Source of the DNA: an uncultured Planctomycetia bacterium
GTDB taxonomy: Bacteria; Planctomycetota; Planctomycetia; Pirellulales; Thermoguttaceae
Direction: 5' to 3'
NCBI GenBank assembly: GCA_963815695.1
Contig: CAWFIG010000022.1
Location: 96,648 to 160,647, forward strand
DNA length: 64,000 nucleotides
The position numbers were made by a program, and so were the translations under genes. The notes under the pieces are model-generated. The model had not been told where the DNA came from, did no database searches, and saw only the letters and a list, made by a program, of their open reading frames with translations. Position 1 is the first letter of the stretch. The number at the start of each line of letters is the position of its first letter. Shown here piece by piece: positions 11,069-20,824 of this stretch.

Positions 11069-11885
11069 CAATGATCGACTGTCAGCCCCGGAATCGCCTT
11101 CTTCAGCCGATCGATTCCCGCCGCCGTGACTTTCGTGTGGTCGACGGTCAACCGGTGAAGGTGCTTCAGGGCGGCCAGTTGTTCCAGGCCGGCGTCGCTG
11201 AGCGCCGTGTCGGCAAGCAGAAGCCAATCGAGGTTCGGAGCGGAACCAGTTTCTTCATTCCCGCGTCCGTGACTCGGTCTTGGAAAGGTTCAAGATTTTG
11301 AGGTCGCTCAACCGGGCGATGTCGTCCAGGCCCGCGTCCGACAGTTCGTGTCCGGAGAGGTGCAACGTCTGGAGATTCGTAAGCGGGCGAAGGTGGACCA
11401 GTCCCGCATCGGTGATCGGGGTGTTCGTCAGAACCAGAGAGGTCAGCACCGACAGGCCGGAGAAGATACTTCAACTGGTCGTCGGTGATATTGGAGTTTT
11501 CGGCGATGACGGTGCCGATTCGATAGAGCGGGCCGTGAGCTTGAGCGTTTCCTCGTCGACGTGCGAACCCTTGTAGTTGATGCTCGTGACTCGTTTGTCC
11601 GGCTTGTCGGGATCGGGCCTTTCGGAGATCACCAGATACTTGCCTTTGCCGTTCTTGTCCTTGAAGGCTCGAAGCTTCTCGGCGGCCTCGCGTTCGGCGG
11701 TTTTGTCGCCTGACGGCTCGGCAATGTCCCGCTGTTCATGCTGGCCTTTGTCGTTCGGGTGAGAAGAGGGCCTTCTTGATCCCCTTCCAATTCGAGAAGA
11801 CGACGAAAGCCAGCACTGCCAGCAAGCAGACTTCCACCAGCAGCGTCAACAGCCGACGATGCGCCTTGTGGTGGCGGATGGGCAT
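11069..11885 (-). CDS. membrane-anchored leucine-rich-repeat protein, apparent frameshifts
   Basis: N-terminus [30 protein letters not shown] by manual translation from 11885. LRR units in ORF 11255..11449 (LTNTPITDAGLVHLRPLTNLQTLHLSGHELSDAGLDDIARLSDLKILNLS). C-terminus ...LKKAIPGLTVDH-stop at 11069. Confidence 0.6.
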
Positions 11886-12971
11886 GGCTGGACTGTCGCT
11901 CGATTGGCGTTCTGATTGTCACTCACTTTGTGATCTCCTGCTCGCGATCGGGTGCAATCAGTGGGGAAACGGTGGAAGAAGACCTGAAGGTTGTTCATTC
12001 GGCCGACCGCCTTCGAGAAGACTCCCATGCGGCGGAACTTCCGATAGCGCTCGTCCAAGAGCAGATCGGTCGGCTTGCCGAGCAACTCGCGGAGCGCGCC
12101 GCGAAGATAGAGCTTCAAGCGGCTGGCCATCAAGTGGTGGTTGCGATGGGCGCCGCCGAGCGGCTCGTGAGATGATCGTGTCGATCAAGCCCAACCGGCT
12201 GAGGTCTTTCGAGGTCATTTTCAGGGCCTCGGCCGCCTGTTCCTTGAAGGTGTGGCTCTTCCAAAGGATGCCGGCGCAGCCTTCGGGACTGATGACCGAG
12301 TAATAGGCGTGTTCGAGCATGGCCACGCGGTCGCCGACGCCGATCCCCAGCGCGCCGCCCGAGCCGCCTTCGCCGATCACCACGCAGATGACGGGCGTGG
12401 GCAGCCGCGACATCTCGAACATCGACTCGGCGATGACCTGGGCCTGGCCGCGCTCTTCGGCGCCGATGCCCGGATAGGCCCCGCCGGTGTCGATCAGGCA
12501 GATGACCGGCATGTGGAACTTGGCGGCCAGCCGCATCTTGGCCATCGCCTTGCGGTAGCCCTCGGGATGGGCATAGCCGTAGTTGCAGAGGTTGCGTTCC
12601 TTGAGATTCTTTCCCTTTTTGATGCCCGACGACCAGCACCCGGTAGGCGTCGAGTTTTGCCCAGCCCGTGCGGATCGCCCGGTCGTCGCCGAACGTCTTG
12701 TCGCCGTGCAACTCGACGAACTCCTCGAACACCAGTTCGAGGTAGTCGGTCGTCATCGGCCGGTCGGGGTGCCGGGCGACCTCGACCGTCTCCCACGGCT
12801 TCAGATTGCGCGTAGATCCGCTTCGTTCACCTCGACCAGTTCGCGGCGCAGCAGGCGGATTTCGTTGCGAACCTCCGGCGTCGAGTCGCCCTTGGCCTCG
12901 AGCTTCTCCAGCCGGGCTTCGAGCTCGTAGATCGGACGTTCAAACGATAGTCGGTGTTCGCTTCCTGCCAT
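11846..12971 (-). CDS. accA: acetyl-CoA carboxylase carboxyltransferase alpha subunit, apparent frameshifts; 3' end uncertain
   Basis: Stitched from 12801..13016 ([25 protein letters not shown] from 12971), 12130..12756 ([34 protein letters not shown]), 11958..12545 ([34 protein letters not shown]...[10 protein letters not shown]) and 11846..12133. One junction is an extra A in the run gggaaag near 12605. Confidence 0.85.
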
Positions 12972-13051
12972 GATATTCCTGTAGACGCAAATCATCCGTT
13001 CGATCCCACTACCCACTACCGCACTGACCGGCAGCTACCGCACTACGCCGA

Positions 13052-13957
13052 CTACGCCACCTTATGCCTTGTCGGTTCCGAAGCGGGGTTTTTGCACGAA
13101 TTGACGGGTGGGGTGATCTTAAAAACCCGCATCATACGAAATTCCCTCAGAAAATCATCCACCGATTTGGGGCGTGCGTCACGTTTTTTGGAGAGCGACC
13201 GCCGAATCAACTGGGAAAACTCCGGCGTGACGTTGTAGTTGAGCGCCTCCAACGAGGGGGGCGTCGACTCGCAGATGTTTGTTCAGCAGGTCGTTCGTGC
13301 TTGTCCCCGTAAATGGGGGTTTGCCGGAAAGTATCTCGTGGATGCGTGCAGGCAAAGCTGTACAGGTCGGCCCGACCGTCCAGGGCCTGGCCGCGGATCT
13401 GCTCGGGCGAAATGTAGCTCTTGGTCCCCTGAATCAGCCGTGCCTTGGGGGTGAACCAGTGCGTCAGCCCGTGCCGGCAACGCTTGGCCAGGGCGAAATC
13501 GATCAACTTCACGTCGCCGTCGTCGGTCACCAGGAAGTTGTCGGGCTTGATATCGCGGTGAATCCAGCCCATTCCGTGGAGATAGCACAGGGCCAGGCAG
13601 CCTTGGTCGATGATCTTCGGCATCAACGGGGCGATCTTCTCCGCCCCTTGCAGGAACCGCTGCTTCATGTTCGGCGAGGAGAACCACTCCATCGCGAAGT
13701 ACGGCTGGCGAGGCGTCCCAAGGCGAGGGATAGATCTCGATGATGTTCGGATGCTGCAGTCCTTGCCCGACGGTGTATTCCCATCGCAGATAGTGGACTT
13801 GCTCGCGGTCCTTCGCGTCCTTTTCCAGCAGCGTCTTCACGCCCACGATCCGCTGGTTGGCGTCGTCATAAGCCTGCCAGATCAGGCTGGCGTGGCCGGT
13901 ATGAACGACGTTCAGCAGGCGATAGGGCCCGAGATAGCCGGGAACAGGTTTCGCCAC
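13052..13957 (-). CDS. serine/threonine protein kinase, apparent frameshifts
   Basis: Stitched from 13283..13957 (GPYRLLNVVHTGHASLIWQAYD...VGVKTL), 13207..13692 (LHGMGWIHRDIKPDNFLVTDDGDVKLIDFALAK...GTKSYISPEQ) and 13052..13252. Confidence 0.8.
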
Positions 13958-14054
13958 GGAGATCCGCCTCTTGGGGGAGAATCTTGCCCATTAGCGTTCA
14001 GTTTAACCGCCGGCGGCGTCTGCGGCAACCTGGCAAGTGCTTCCCCGCCCACAG

Positions 14055-14089
14055 TCCCCTCTCCCGCTGGGAGAGGGTTAGGGTGAGGG
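14055..14089. repeat. short GC-rich hairpin element (CCCTCTCCC-GCT-GGGAGAGGG followed by TTAGGGTGAGGG)
   Basis: 9-bp stem at 14057-14065 / 14069-14077. A variant of the same element occurs at 40957-40982. Confidence 0.75.
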
Positions 14090-14424
14090 CTGAGCCAACG
14101 AAGCACGGTGGCCTTCTGGTATCCGGCATCTTCCCGGCAAGACCGATTGGCCCCCCCCTGCCCTGCCCCATTGATCGGCGTTAGCATCCTCGGAGTTGCC
14201 GGACCAGGGAGTGGCGAATCAATAACGGTCGCTCGTCGCTTCACTTCTCTGCGTCCTCCGCGCTTTCGCGTGAGTCCCGTTCAGTGACTTGGTTCACGCG
14301 AAGGCACGGAGGACACGGAGCGGGGAGACGATGACGATAGTTGATTTATCGGTCCCAAGCGGTCGTATGTCGAAATTCATAGGCGATCGAGATCGAGCGG
14401 CGTCGTCTTGCCCACCCTCTTCGC

Positions 14425-14595
14425 CTAAATTGCTTCATCGGCGAGTTTGTCTAGCACATCCTCCGACTCCGCAAATGTCTTCGACCAATCGCGATCCGCG
14501 TCCAACTCGTCAAGCAGCCACTTGGCCAATGCGTTTTGCTCCACGTCCGGAAGTTGGGTGGCCTGCTCAAATGCCTTTGACAGTAACGTGGTCAT
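14425..14595 (-). CDS. small acidic antitoxin-like protein (56 aa), orphan
   Basis: Manual translation: MTTLLSKAFEQATQLPDVEQNALAKWLLDELDADRDWSKTFAESEDVLDKLADEAI-stop. It resembles N-terminal parts of small antitoxin-type proteins. Below the ORF-track length cutoff. No toxin partner is visible downstream. Confidence 0.35.
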   Translation of the reverse strand: MTTLLSKAFEQATQLPDVEQNALAKWLLDELDADRDWSKTFAESEDVLDKLADEAI

Positions 14596-14692
14596 AGTAT
14601 GCCTCTTGTCACTTTGCTTTTCTTCGTTGTAGTTTCTCGGCTAGTCCGTGTCCATGCCGAGCGGGACGGTTGCAGTGACAGGCGTCTATGTC

Positions 14693-15950
14693 TCAGATTC
14701 CGAGCCTCTTGAACATGTCGTCGGCATTATTACAGTGCGTCAGGTTCTCGCCACGATCCGTTGCGCCGAATGTCCTTTGCGTCGTGGCGTTCGGATCGGC
14801 CAGCACTCTTTGATACAATTCTCGTAGTCTAGCGGTCATGTGTTCGTGGCGAAACACGTCGGTGAAGCGGCGGCGGCCTTCCTGGCCGAGGCGATCGCGC
14901 ATGGCGGGATCGGCGGCGAGCAATTTTAGCTTCTCGGCCAGCGCGTCGACGTCGCGGGGCGGAATCAGGAAACCGGTCTCGTCGGAAATGACCACCTCGC
15001 GGGCGCCGTCGACGTCGTAGCTGACCGCCGGCTTGCCGGAAATCAACGCCTGGGGCAGAACCCGGGCGAGCCCTTCGCGCAGACTGGCGTGAACCACGAT
15101 GTCCATCGCGGCGATCAGTTCGGGGATTCGCTCGGGCGGGACCAGGCCGGTGAACTGGAAATAGTCGGTCAGCCCGGCCGCGGCGATCTGCTGCCGCAAG
15201 CCGGTCGCGAAAGATGCCGTCGCCGACGAAGAGGAAACGGACGTTCGGCGCCGCGTCGATCACGCCGCGGGCCGCGCGAATCACGTCGTCGTGGCCCTTG
15301 AGCTTGAACAGCCGGGCGATCTTGCCGATCACGACGTGCTCGGGCCGATAGCCCAACTCGCGGCGCACGCGGTCGCGATGCTCGCCCGACTGGAGGAACG
15401 GCTCGACCTCCATGCCGCTGTAGATCGTGGTGAACTTTTCGCGCGGGGCCACGCCGGCCGAGACCATCAGATCGGTCATGGCGTCGGCCACGCTGACGAT
15501 GGCGTGGCATCGCTTCGCGGCCCAGCGTTCGCAGGCTTGAAAGAACAGCCGCGCCCCCCTGCCCTGGTACGGATGGAACGGCGCGCCGTGGACCGTGTGG
15601 ATCACGGCCGGCACGCCCAGCGACCAGGCGGCGGCGCGGCCGAGCATTCCGCCCTTGGCGCTGTGCGTATGAACCACGTCGGGCCGAAATCGCCGCAGCG
15701 ACCTTTTGAGTTGCCGATAGCTGACGGCGTCGCGCCACGGATGGATCGGCCGGCGCAGCGCGGGGATGATTTCCAGCGGCACCCCCCCTGCCCTGGCCCG
15801 ATCCAACAGACTCCCTTCCGGCCCCAGCGGCGGCCCGGTGATCAGCAGCACGTCGTCGCCGTGCTGGCGGAGCAGGTCTTCGCAGCAGAGCACGGTGTTT
15901 TCCTGTGCTCCGCCGAGGATCAGTCGCGTGATGACGTGGGCGATACGCAT
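14693..15950 (-). CDS. GT4-family glycosyltransferase, one apparent frameshift near 15200
   Basis: ORF 14829..15950 (MRIAHVITRLILGGAQENTV...HTHSAKGG...) joined to ORF 14693..15199 (FTGLVPPERIPELIAAMDIVVHASLREGLARVLPQALISGKPAVSYDVDGAREVV, the E-x7-E region). Confidence 0.85.
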
Positions 15951-15990
15951 GGACTGGCATCAACTCTGCCGAGCCGAGGACTGTTCGGGA

Positions 15991-16102
15991 GCGTTCACAG
16001 GCCGGAAACAGACGGGACGCAGGACGTTCAGCGACAGTAACCGCCGCAGGAGGCGATATGTCTCCGAAAACCTCTGCGTCCCCTTGCCGCCCAGTGAACG
16101 GT
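15991..16102 (-). repeat. MITE-like hairpin element, copy A (112 nt)
   Basis: The reverse complement aligns end to end with 40454-40568. Shared ends are ccgttcactgggcggcaaggggacg and gtctgtttccggcctgtgaacgc. Internal stem GGGACGCAG / CTGCGTCCC. Confidence 0.85.
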
Positions 16103-16227
16103 GGCCCGGTCGGACACAAACTCCATGCTAACCCATCGCGGCCGATTGTTACAGCAACCGCAGGCACGGGACGCGGCTGCAAGGAACGTTTGCCTGCCGC
16201 ACGCGTCAACCTGGGCGAATTGGTTCA

Positions 16228-16632
16228 CTACGATCGCGTCGTCCGCACGACCGGCTTGCCCGGCATGGGGGCGGGGCTGTATCTCTGAAGTTGCTGGGGC
16301 GACACATGCTGCTCTCCGGTCAGGCCGGAAACGACGCTCTGCGTCGAGATCAAGGTGTTGTACGCGTACTTCGAGCACGATGCCGATCATGCAGAGCCCG
16401 GCACAAATCACGAGCGTTCCGGTCCACGAGCGCAGCGCCTTTTGCTGTGGCGTCTCCGTGCTTTCATAGCGCGAGTAGAGCTCCATGATGGCGATCTTGA
16501 GCCGATTCCACGCGGCTCTCTCATTGGGCGGCAATTGAACGGTGTCTTAGCGGACCTCGCCAGCGCGAAGCAGATCAGTCCGGCGAAAATGCACGCGGCA
16601 AGCCCCAGGAAAAAGAACGTTGCGACAACCAT
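16228..16632 (-). CDS. hypothetical small membrane protein, frame uncertain
   Basis: MVVATFFFLGLAACIFAGLICFALA (frame of ORF 16408..16692) continues into ORF 16028..16534 (NERAAWNRLKIAIMELYSRYESTETPQQKALRSWTGTLVICAGLCMIGIVL). The 3' end is guessed. Confidence 0.3.
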
Positions 16633-16935
16633 GGATTTCTCCCAAAAGAACTGGTCCAGTTTCGGGCAACTCACGTTTCCCTCCTCCGTCAAACTTAGGT
16701 TACGCTAGAAGGGAGGCGGGTTTGGATGCGACGAAAATGTCGCTATACCCCTCATCGTGGTGGCAACGAGACGGGGACCGCCACCGTGCCCCCTCTGACG
16801 GAGCGGTAGGCCTCTTGTCTGCCCGGAGCAGGCGGCAAAGGCGCGCCCCGACGCTGCCGACCGCACGGCGAGAAGCCCGATGCATCTGACAGCTCTGATT
16901 TGTCGCCATCTGCCGCTGAGTCGGCTATCTTCCGG

Positions 16936-17802
16936 TCACCGACTGGGGCTCTGTATTGGACGCTCGATCAGACAGAGCCCTTGCGGCGGGGCGGTCGGAC
17001 CGCCGAGCCGGCGATCCGCGGCACGGAGGACTTCGCCGGGCCAACTTTCCGGCCGGCTGCCGCGGCCGACTTCCACCAGCGTGCCGACGATCGCCCGGAC
17101 CATGTTGTAGAGGAACCCGTCGGCCTCGATCTCGATGGTGATGAAGTCGTTGGCGATCGGGATCGCATGTTCCCCGCGACCGCAGTCGCGGGGCGTTAAC
17201 GTCGTTCTCCATCCCTGACCCCTGACCCTCCCCCTGACCCCTGTTCCGCCCCCTCCCCTGCCCTGCCCCGCTCGACGCGAGAGTTCGAAAACCGTTCGCA
17301 CGCTGGTCTTTCGTTCGGCGCCGCTGCTCTCGAAGCTGCTGAAGTCGTGCGTGCCCAACAGCGCCGCGGCGGCGCGGCGCATGGCGTCGGCGTCGAGCCG
17401 GCCGTAAACGTAATGCCAGACGAAATGCCGGCGGAAGACGTCGCGGACCGGCCCGTCATGGATCAGGTAGCGATAGCGCTTGCGAACGGCGTCGGCGATC
17501 GGATGGAATCCATCGGGCGCTTCGGCCACGTCGAGCACGGCGACGTCGTGCGGCAGATTGGCGTTGATGGCCCGCAGCAGCACCTCGGGCGGCAGCGCCG
17601 AATCGGTGCGAAATCCGACCACCTGGCCCAGGGCATGAACGCCGGCGTCGGTCCGGCCGCTGGCCAGAATGCGGACGTGCTGGCCGGTCACTTTGGCGAT
17701 GGCGTTTTCCAGCGTTCCTGCACGGTCGGCCTGCTCCGGCTGGAACTGCCAGCCGGCGTAGGCCGTGCCGTCGTAGGCGATGGTGAGCTTGAGGGTTCGC
17801 AA
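16936..17802 (-). CDS. truA: tRNA pseudouridine(38-40) synthase with a repeat-derived Gly/Arg-rich insertion
   Basis: Intact 288-aa ORF, TTG start. Contains KLTIAYDGTAYAGWQ, SGRTDAGVHALGQV and EADGFLYNMVRAIVGTL. Extra segment AGQGRGGGGTGVRGRVRGQGWRTT is encoded by 17213-17268. Confidence 0.9.
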   Translation of the reverse strand: MRTLKLTIAYDGTAYAGWQFQPEQADRAGTLENAIAKVTGQHVRILASGRTDAGVHALGQVVGFRTDSALPPEVLLRAINANLPHDVAVLDVAEAPDGFHPIADAVRKRYRYLIHDGPVRDVFRRHFVWHYVYGRLDADAMRRAAAALLGTHDFSSFESSGAERKTSVRTVFELSRRAGQGRGGGGTGVRGRVRGQGWRTTLTPRDCGRGEHAIPIANDFITIEIEADGFLYNMVRAIVGTLVEVGRGSRPESWPGEVLRAADRRLGGPTAPPQGLCLIERPIQSPSR

Positions 17803-17814
17803 GGAAGTCGGAAT

Positions 17815-18137
17815 CGCCGTCGATCATTGGTCGGGCTTTGCTGCAGGACGACGTATTGTTTTTCGATAATGCGTCGAAAATGGTCCTGGTCGTCGCCCAA
17901 TCGATCACGTCCACCTTGAACGGCAAATCGGATTCGCGGAACGCTTCCTGCAGATCGGCAAGCACGGCCGCGCGGCAAGCGGCTCATCGCCGAGGATCGC
18001 CAGATCGAGGTCGGAGAACTCCTTTGCCGTTCCGCGACGCGCGAGCCGAACGCCCAGACCTCACGGTCCGGCACATGCTCGGCCAGAATGCGGAGCACAT
18101 CGTGCAACTCGCCCGGACTCGCATCAATCGGCTGCAC
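17815..18137 (-). CDS. nucleotidyltransferase-domain protein (MNT/HI0073-like), multiple apparent frameshifts; 3' end approximate
   Basis: GTG at 18137: [34 protein letters not shown]. Continues in other frames as KEFSDLDLAILGDEPL, LADLQEAFRESDLPFKVDVIDWATT and FRRIIEKQYVVLQQ. Confidence 0.6.
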
Positions 18138-18550
18138 GGTTGCGCCGCTCCAATTCCGCCAGCAGAAGGCGAACGTCGTCCCGAAAATCGTTCAAAACGG
18201 CCTCGATCTGTTCGGCCTTGGCTCTGGTCGTAGGTGTGGCTCGTGATGTTGCGTTTTTCGCGATAATCGCGAAATCGGGCGACGTCGGCGATCAAGCCGG
18301 CCTCGGCTCCCGAACGCACGACATCCATGTAGGCCATTTTGTCGATGGCGGCCGGATCGGCCGCCATCTGCTCCAATTGCCGCTTGAGCATCTTGAACGC
18401 CAACTCGTGGGTAAACTCGAACGCCTGAACCGCCGCCGCCCGAAACTGCTCGCGCAGATCGGCGTTTTCGGCCAGTTCCGAGTTCAGAAACCCGAGGCTC
18501 TTTTCCAACGCGGCCAGGGCACTGCGAAGCGATGTCAGGTCGAGACGCAT
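18124..18550 (-). CDS. HI0074-family nucleotidyltransferase substrate-binding (HEPN-like) protein, one apparent frameshift
   Basis: ORF 17984..18550: [29 protein letters not shown]...[18 protein letters not shown]...[18 protein letters not shown]. The tail is restored manually as [31 protein letters not shown]-stop (18124). It overlaps the NTase start by 14 nt. Confidence 0.7.
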
Positions 18551-19553
18551 TTATTCCTCCTTTCACCAGCAATTCCGCAATCTGCACCGCGTTGGTGGCC
18601 GCGCCCTTGCGGAGGTTGTCGCTGACGCACCAGAACGCCAAGCCGTTCGGGCTGGAAAGGTCCTCGCGAATCCGGCCGATGAACGTCTCGTCGCGCCGGT
18701 CGCAGTTGATCGGCATCGGATAGACCTTCTTCGTCAAGGTCGTCCATCACCACCAGTCCCGGCGTGGCGGCGAACAGCTTGCGGGCCTCCTCGACCGTGA
18801 TCTTCCGCTCGGTCTCGACCAGGATGCTCTCGCTGTGGCAGTTGCTCACCGGCACGCGGATGCACGTCGGGCAGATCTGGATCGAGTCGTCTTCCAGCAT
18901 CTTCCGCGTCTCGTAGACCATCTTCATCTCTTCCGAGGTGTAGCCCTTGTGCTTGGGCGAGCCGATCTGCGGAATGCAGTTGAAGGCGATCGGATGGGCG
19001 AAGCACTCGTACTTGTAGTCTTCGCCGGCCAACTGCGGCCTTGGTGCCGCCGATCAGATCGCGGGTGCCGGCCAGGCCCGCGCCGCTGACGGCCTGATAG
19101 GTGCTGACCACCACGCGGCGGACCCGGCCGGCGTCGTGCAGCGGCTTGAGCGACTGGACCATCTGCGTCGTCGAGCAGTTGGGGCTGGCGATGATGCCCT
19201 TGTGCTGGCGGACCGCGTGCGGATTGACCTCCGGGATCACCAGCGGCACGTTCGGGTCCATCCGCCAGTAGCCGCTCTCGTCGATCACCACGCAGCCGCG
19301 GCGAACGGCGTCGGGGATGAAGTCGCGGGCCACGTCGTCGGGCGTGCTGCTGATGACCAGATCGACGCCGTCGAAGACCGGGCCGTCGAGTTCCTCGACC
19401 GTGATCTCTCTGGCCGGCAAACGGGATCTTCTTGCCCGCCGACCGGCCCGAGGCCACGAACTTCATCGTGCGAAACGGAAACTTGCGGGCTTCCAGCAAC
19501 TCGCGAATGATGGTTCCCACGGCGCCGGTGGCGCCGACGACCGCGACACGAAT
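18551..19553 (-). CDS. asd: aspartate-semialdehyde dehydrogenase, multiple apparent frameshifts; start approximate
   Basis: Stitched from 18924..19676 ([20 protein letters not shown]), 18734..19420 ([21 protein letters not shown]...[13 protein letters not shown]), 18535..19032 ([14 protein letters not shown]...[14 protein letters not shown]) and 18192..18737 ([20 protein letters not shown]). TAA at 18551-18553 directly abuts the ATG of the HEPN gene. Confidence 0.85.
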
Positions 19554-19702
19554 CGAACACGGACAATCTCCTATCAGCAGGGCGAAATCGTCATTCAACG
19601 CGACCGAACCCGCATTATCGCACGATCGATCCCAAATCTCAACCGCAAATCGCGCGCGGCAAGGCCGACGGATCATCGAGGCTAGATTCGAAGCAACAGA
19701 AA

Positions 19703-19740
19703 GAGCCCCCGCGCCGGAAGAACCCGGCCGACGGGGGCTT
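19703..19740 (-). terminator. candidate Rho-independent terminator downstream of the TIGR03000 gene
   Basis: GC stem gcccccg (19705-19711) / cgggggc (19732-19738) with an inner gccgg/ccggc pairing. On the minus strand it is followed by tctttctgtt. Confidence 0.45.
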
Positions 19741-19844
19741 CGTTTGATCGATCATTCGTCGTTTGTCGGTGATCCTGTTGTAGGACGGCGACCGCGTCGC
19801 CGATGATTCGGCTAATGGGCCGCCGCCACTTGCTTCCGGCGGCG

Positions 19845-20576
19845 TCAGTTGAAGCCAAACGCCACGGCCGTAATATGGCCGGCCGTCAGCGAGACCGTCC
19901 GGGTGTCCTCGACGACTGCCGTCGCGGACCACCGACGCCTTGACCACGTACTTGTAGCTGAGGCCCGGCTTCAGACCGTACGAAATGAACTGGCGTCGGC
20001 TGCCGGTGCTCTTGGTCGCCGGCCGTTGACCGTCACCTTGGCGTCGTACGGCACCCAGACCGTCAGCACGCCGCTGTTCTCGGTAGAGAACTCGCTGGTC
20101 TTCGGCGGTGGGGTCGGTCCGGGCAGCGCGCCCGGGGCGGGCTCGGCAGGCGTAGGCGCGCTGGGCGGCTCCATCATCGGCCTCTTCGCGGGGGTCGGAG
20201 TCTGAGTGCCCTCGGCGGGAACGCTTCCCGTCATCGACGTCTCGCCGCAGCACGGACTGTAGCCGTAAGCGTAACCGCAACCACAGCTATATCCGCAACG
20301 ATAACCGCATCCCCAGCCGCAACCGTACGAGCGGCACGGCGCGTAACGGCACGGCCGAGCGGCGAGGTACCAATCGCTGGCCAGGTAAGAGCCACAGCAA
20401 CCGGTCCAGCCGTAACACGGCGAACAGCCGGTGTAGCACGTGCCGCAGCCGCCATAGTAGCCCCAACCCCAACTGCAACACCGGCGTCCGCAAGCGTTCG
20501 CTTGAGGGACGGCAACCGAGACGGCAACTGCCACGACTGCTCCAATCAACAAACACTTCCAACTTGTACGACTCAT
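19845..20576 (-). CDS. TIGR03000-type planctomycete protein with Cys/Gly/Tyr/Trp-rich N-terminal region, apparent frameshifts
   Basis: ORF 19971..20576 (signal peptide, then CGRRCCSWGWGYYGGCGTCYTGC..., then LTVWVPYDAKVTVNG). Continues as TGSRRQFISYGLKPGLSYKYVVKASVVRDG (ORF 19639..20280). Manually restored tail VVEDTRTVSLTAGHITAVAFGFN-stop. Confidence 0.65.
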
Positions 20577-20824
20577 GTGTTTCTTGCTCCCTTCCTATTA
20601 GGACAGACCAAATCCCCGATTGACGCACTGTAAGAAGGATAGCAGCGAGCGGGTGAAAATCAAGTAGTGTGGGAGGACTTCTCGGGTCTGGTAGACTGCG
20701 AAAAACACGCAGTTTACAACGCTTTTTCATTGCAGGCCACACCTGTTGCGTCGCAAGCGTGGCCTGATCGCCCGTTTTCTCGGCGCAATTGACATAACCG
20801 CAATAAACGTTGTAGCTTACGACC

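Noticed and set aside
15169-16209. Long ORFs antisense to recognised genes (15169..16209, 7236..8117, 36430..37311, 59730..60866, 21182..21904, 45120-47438 side frames)
   Set aside because: These are Arg/Pro/Gly/Ala-rich shadow ORFs typical of GC-rich DNA. Each lies opposite or out of frame to a gene with clear family motifs, and none shows a recognisable domain.
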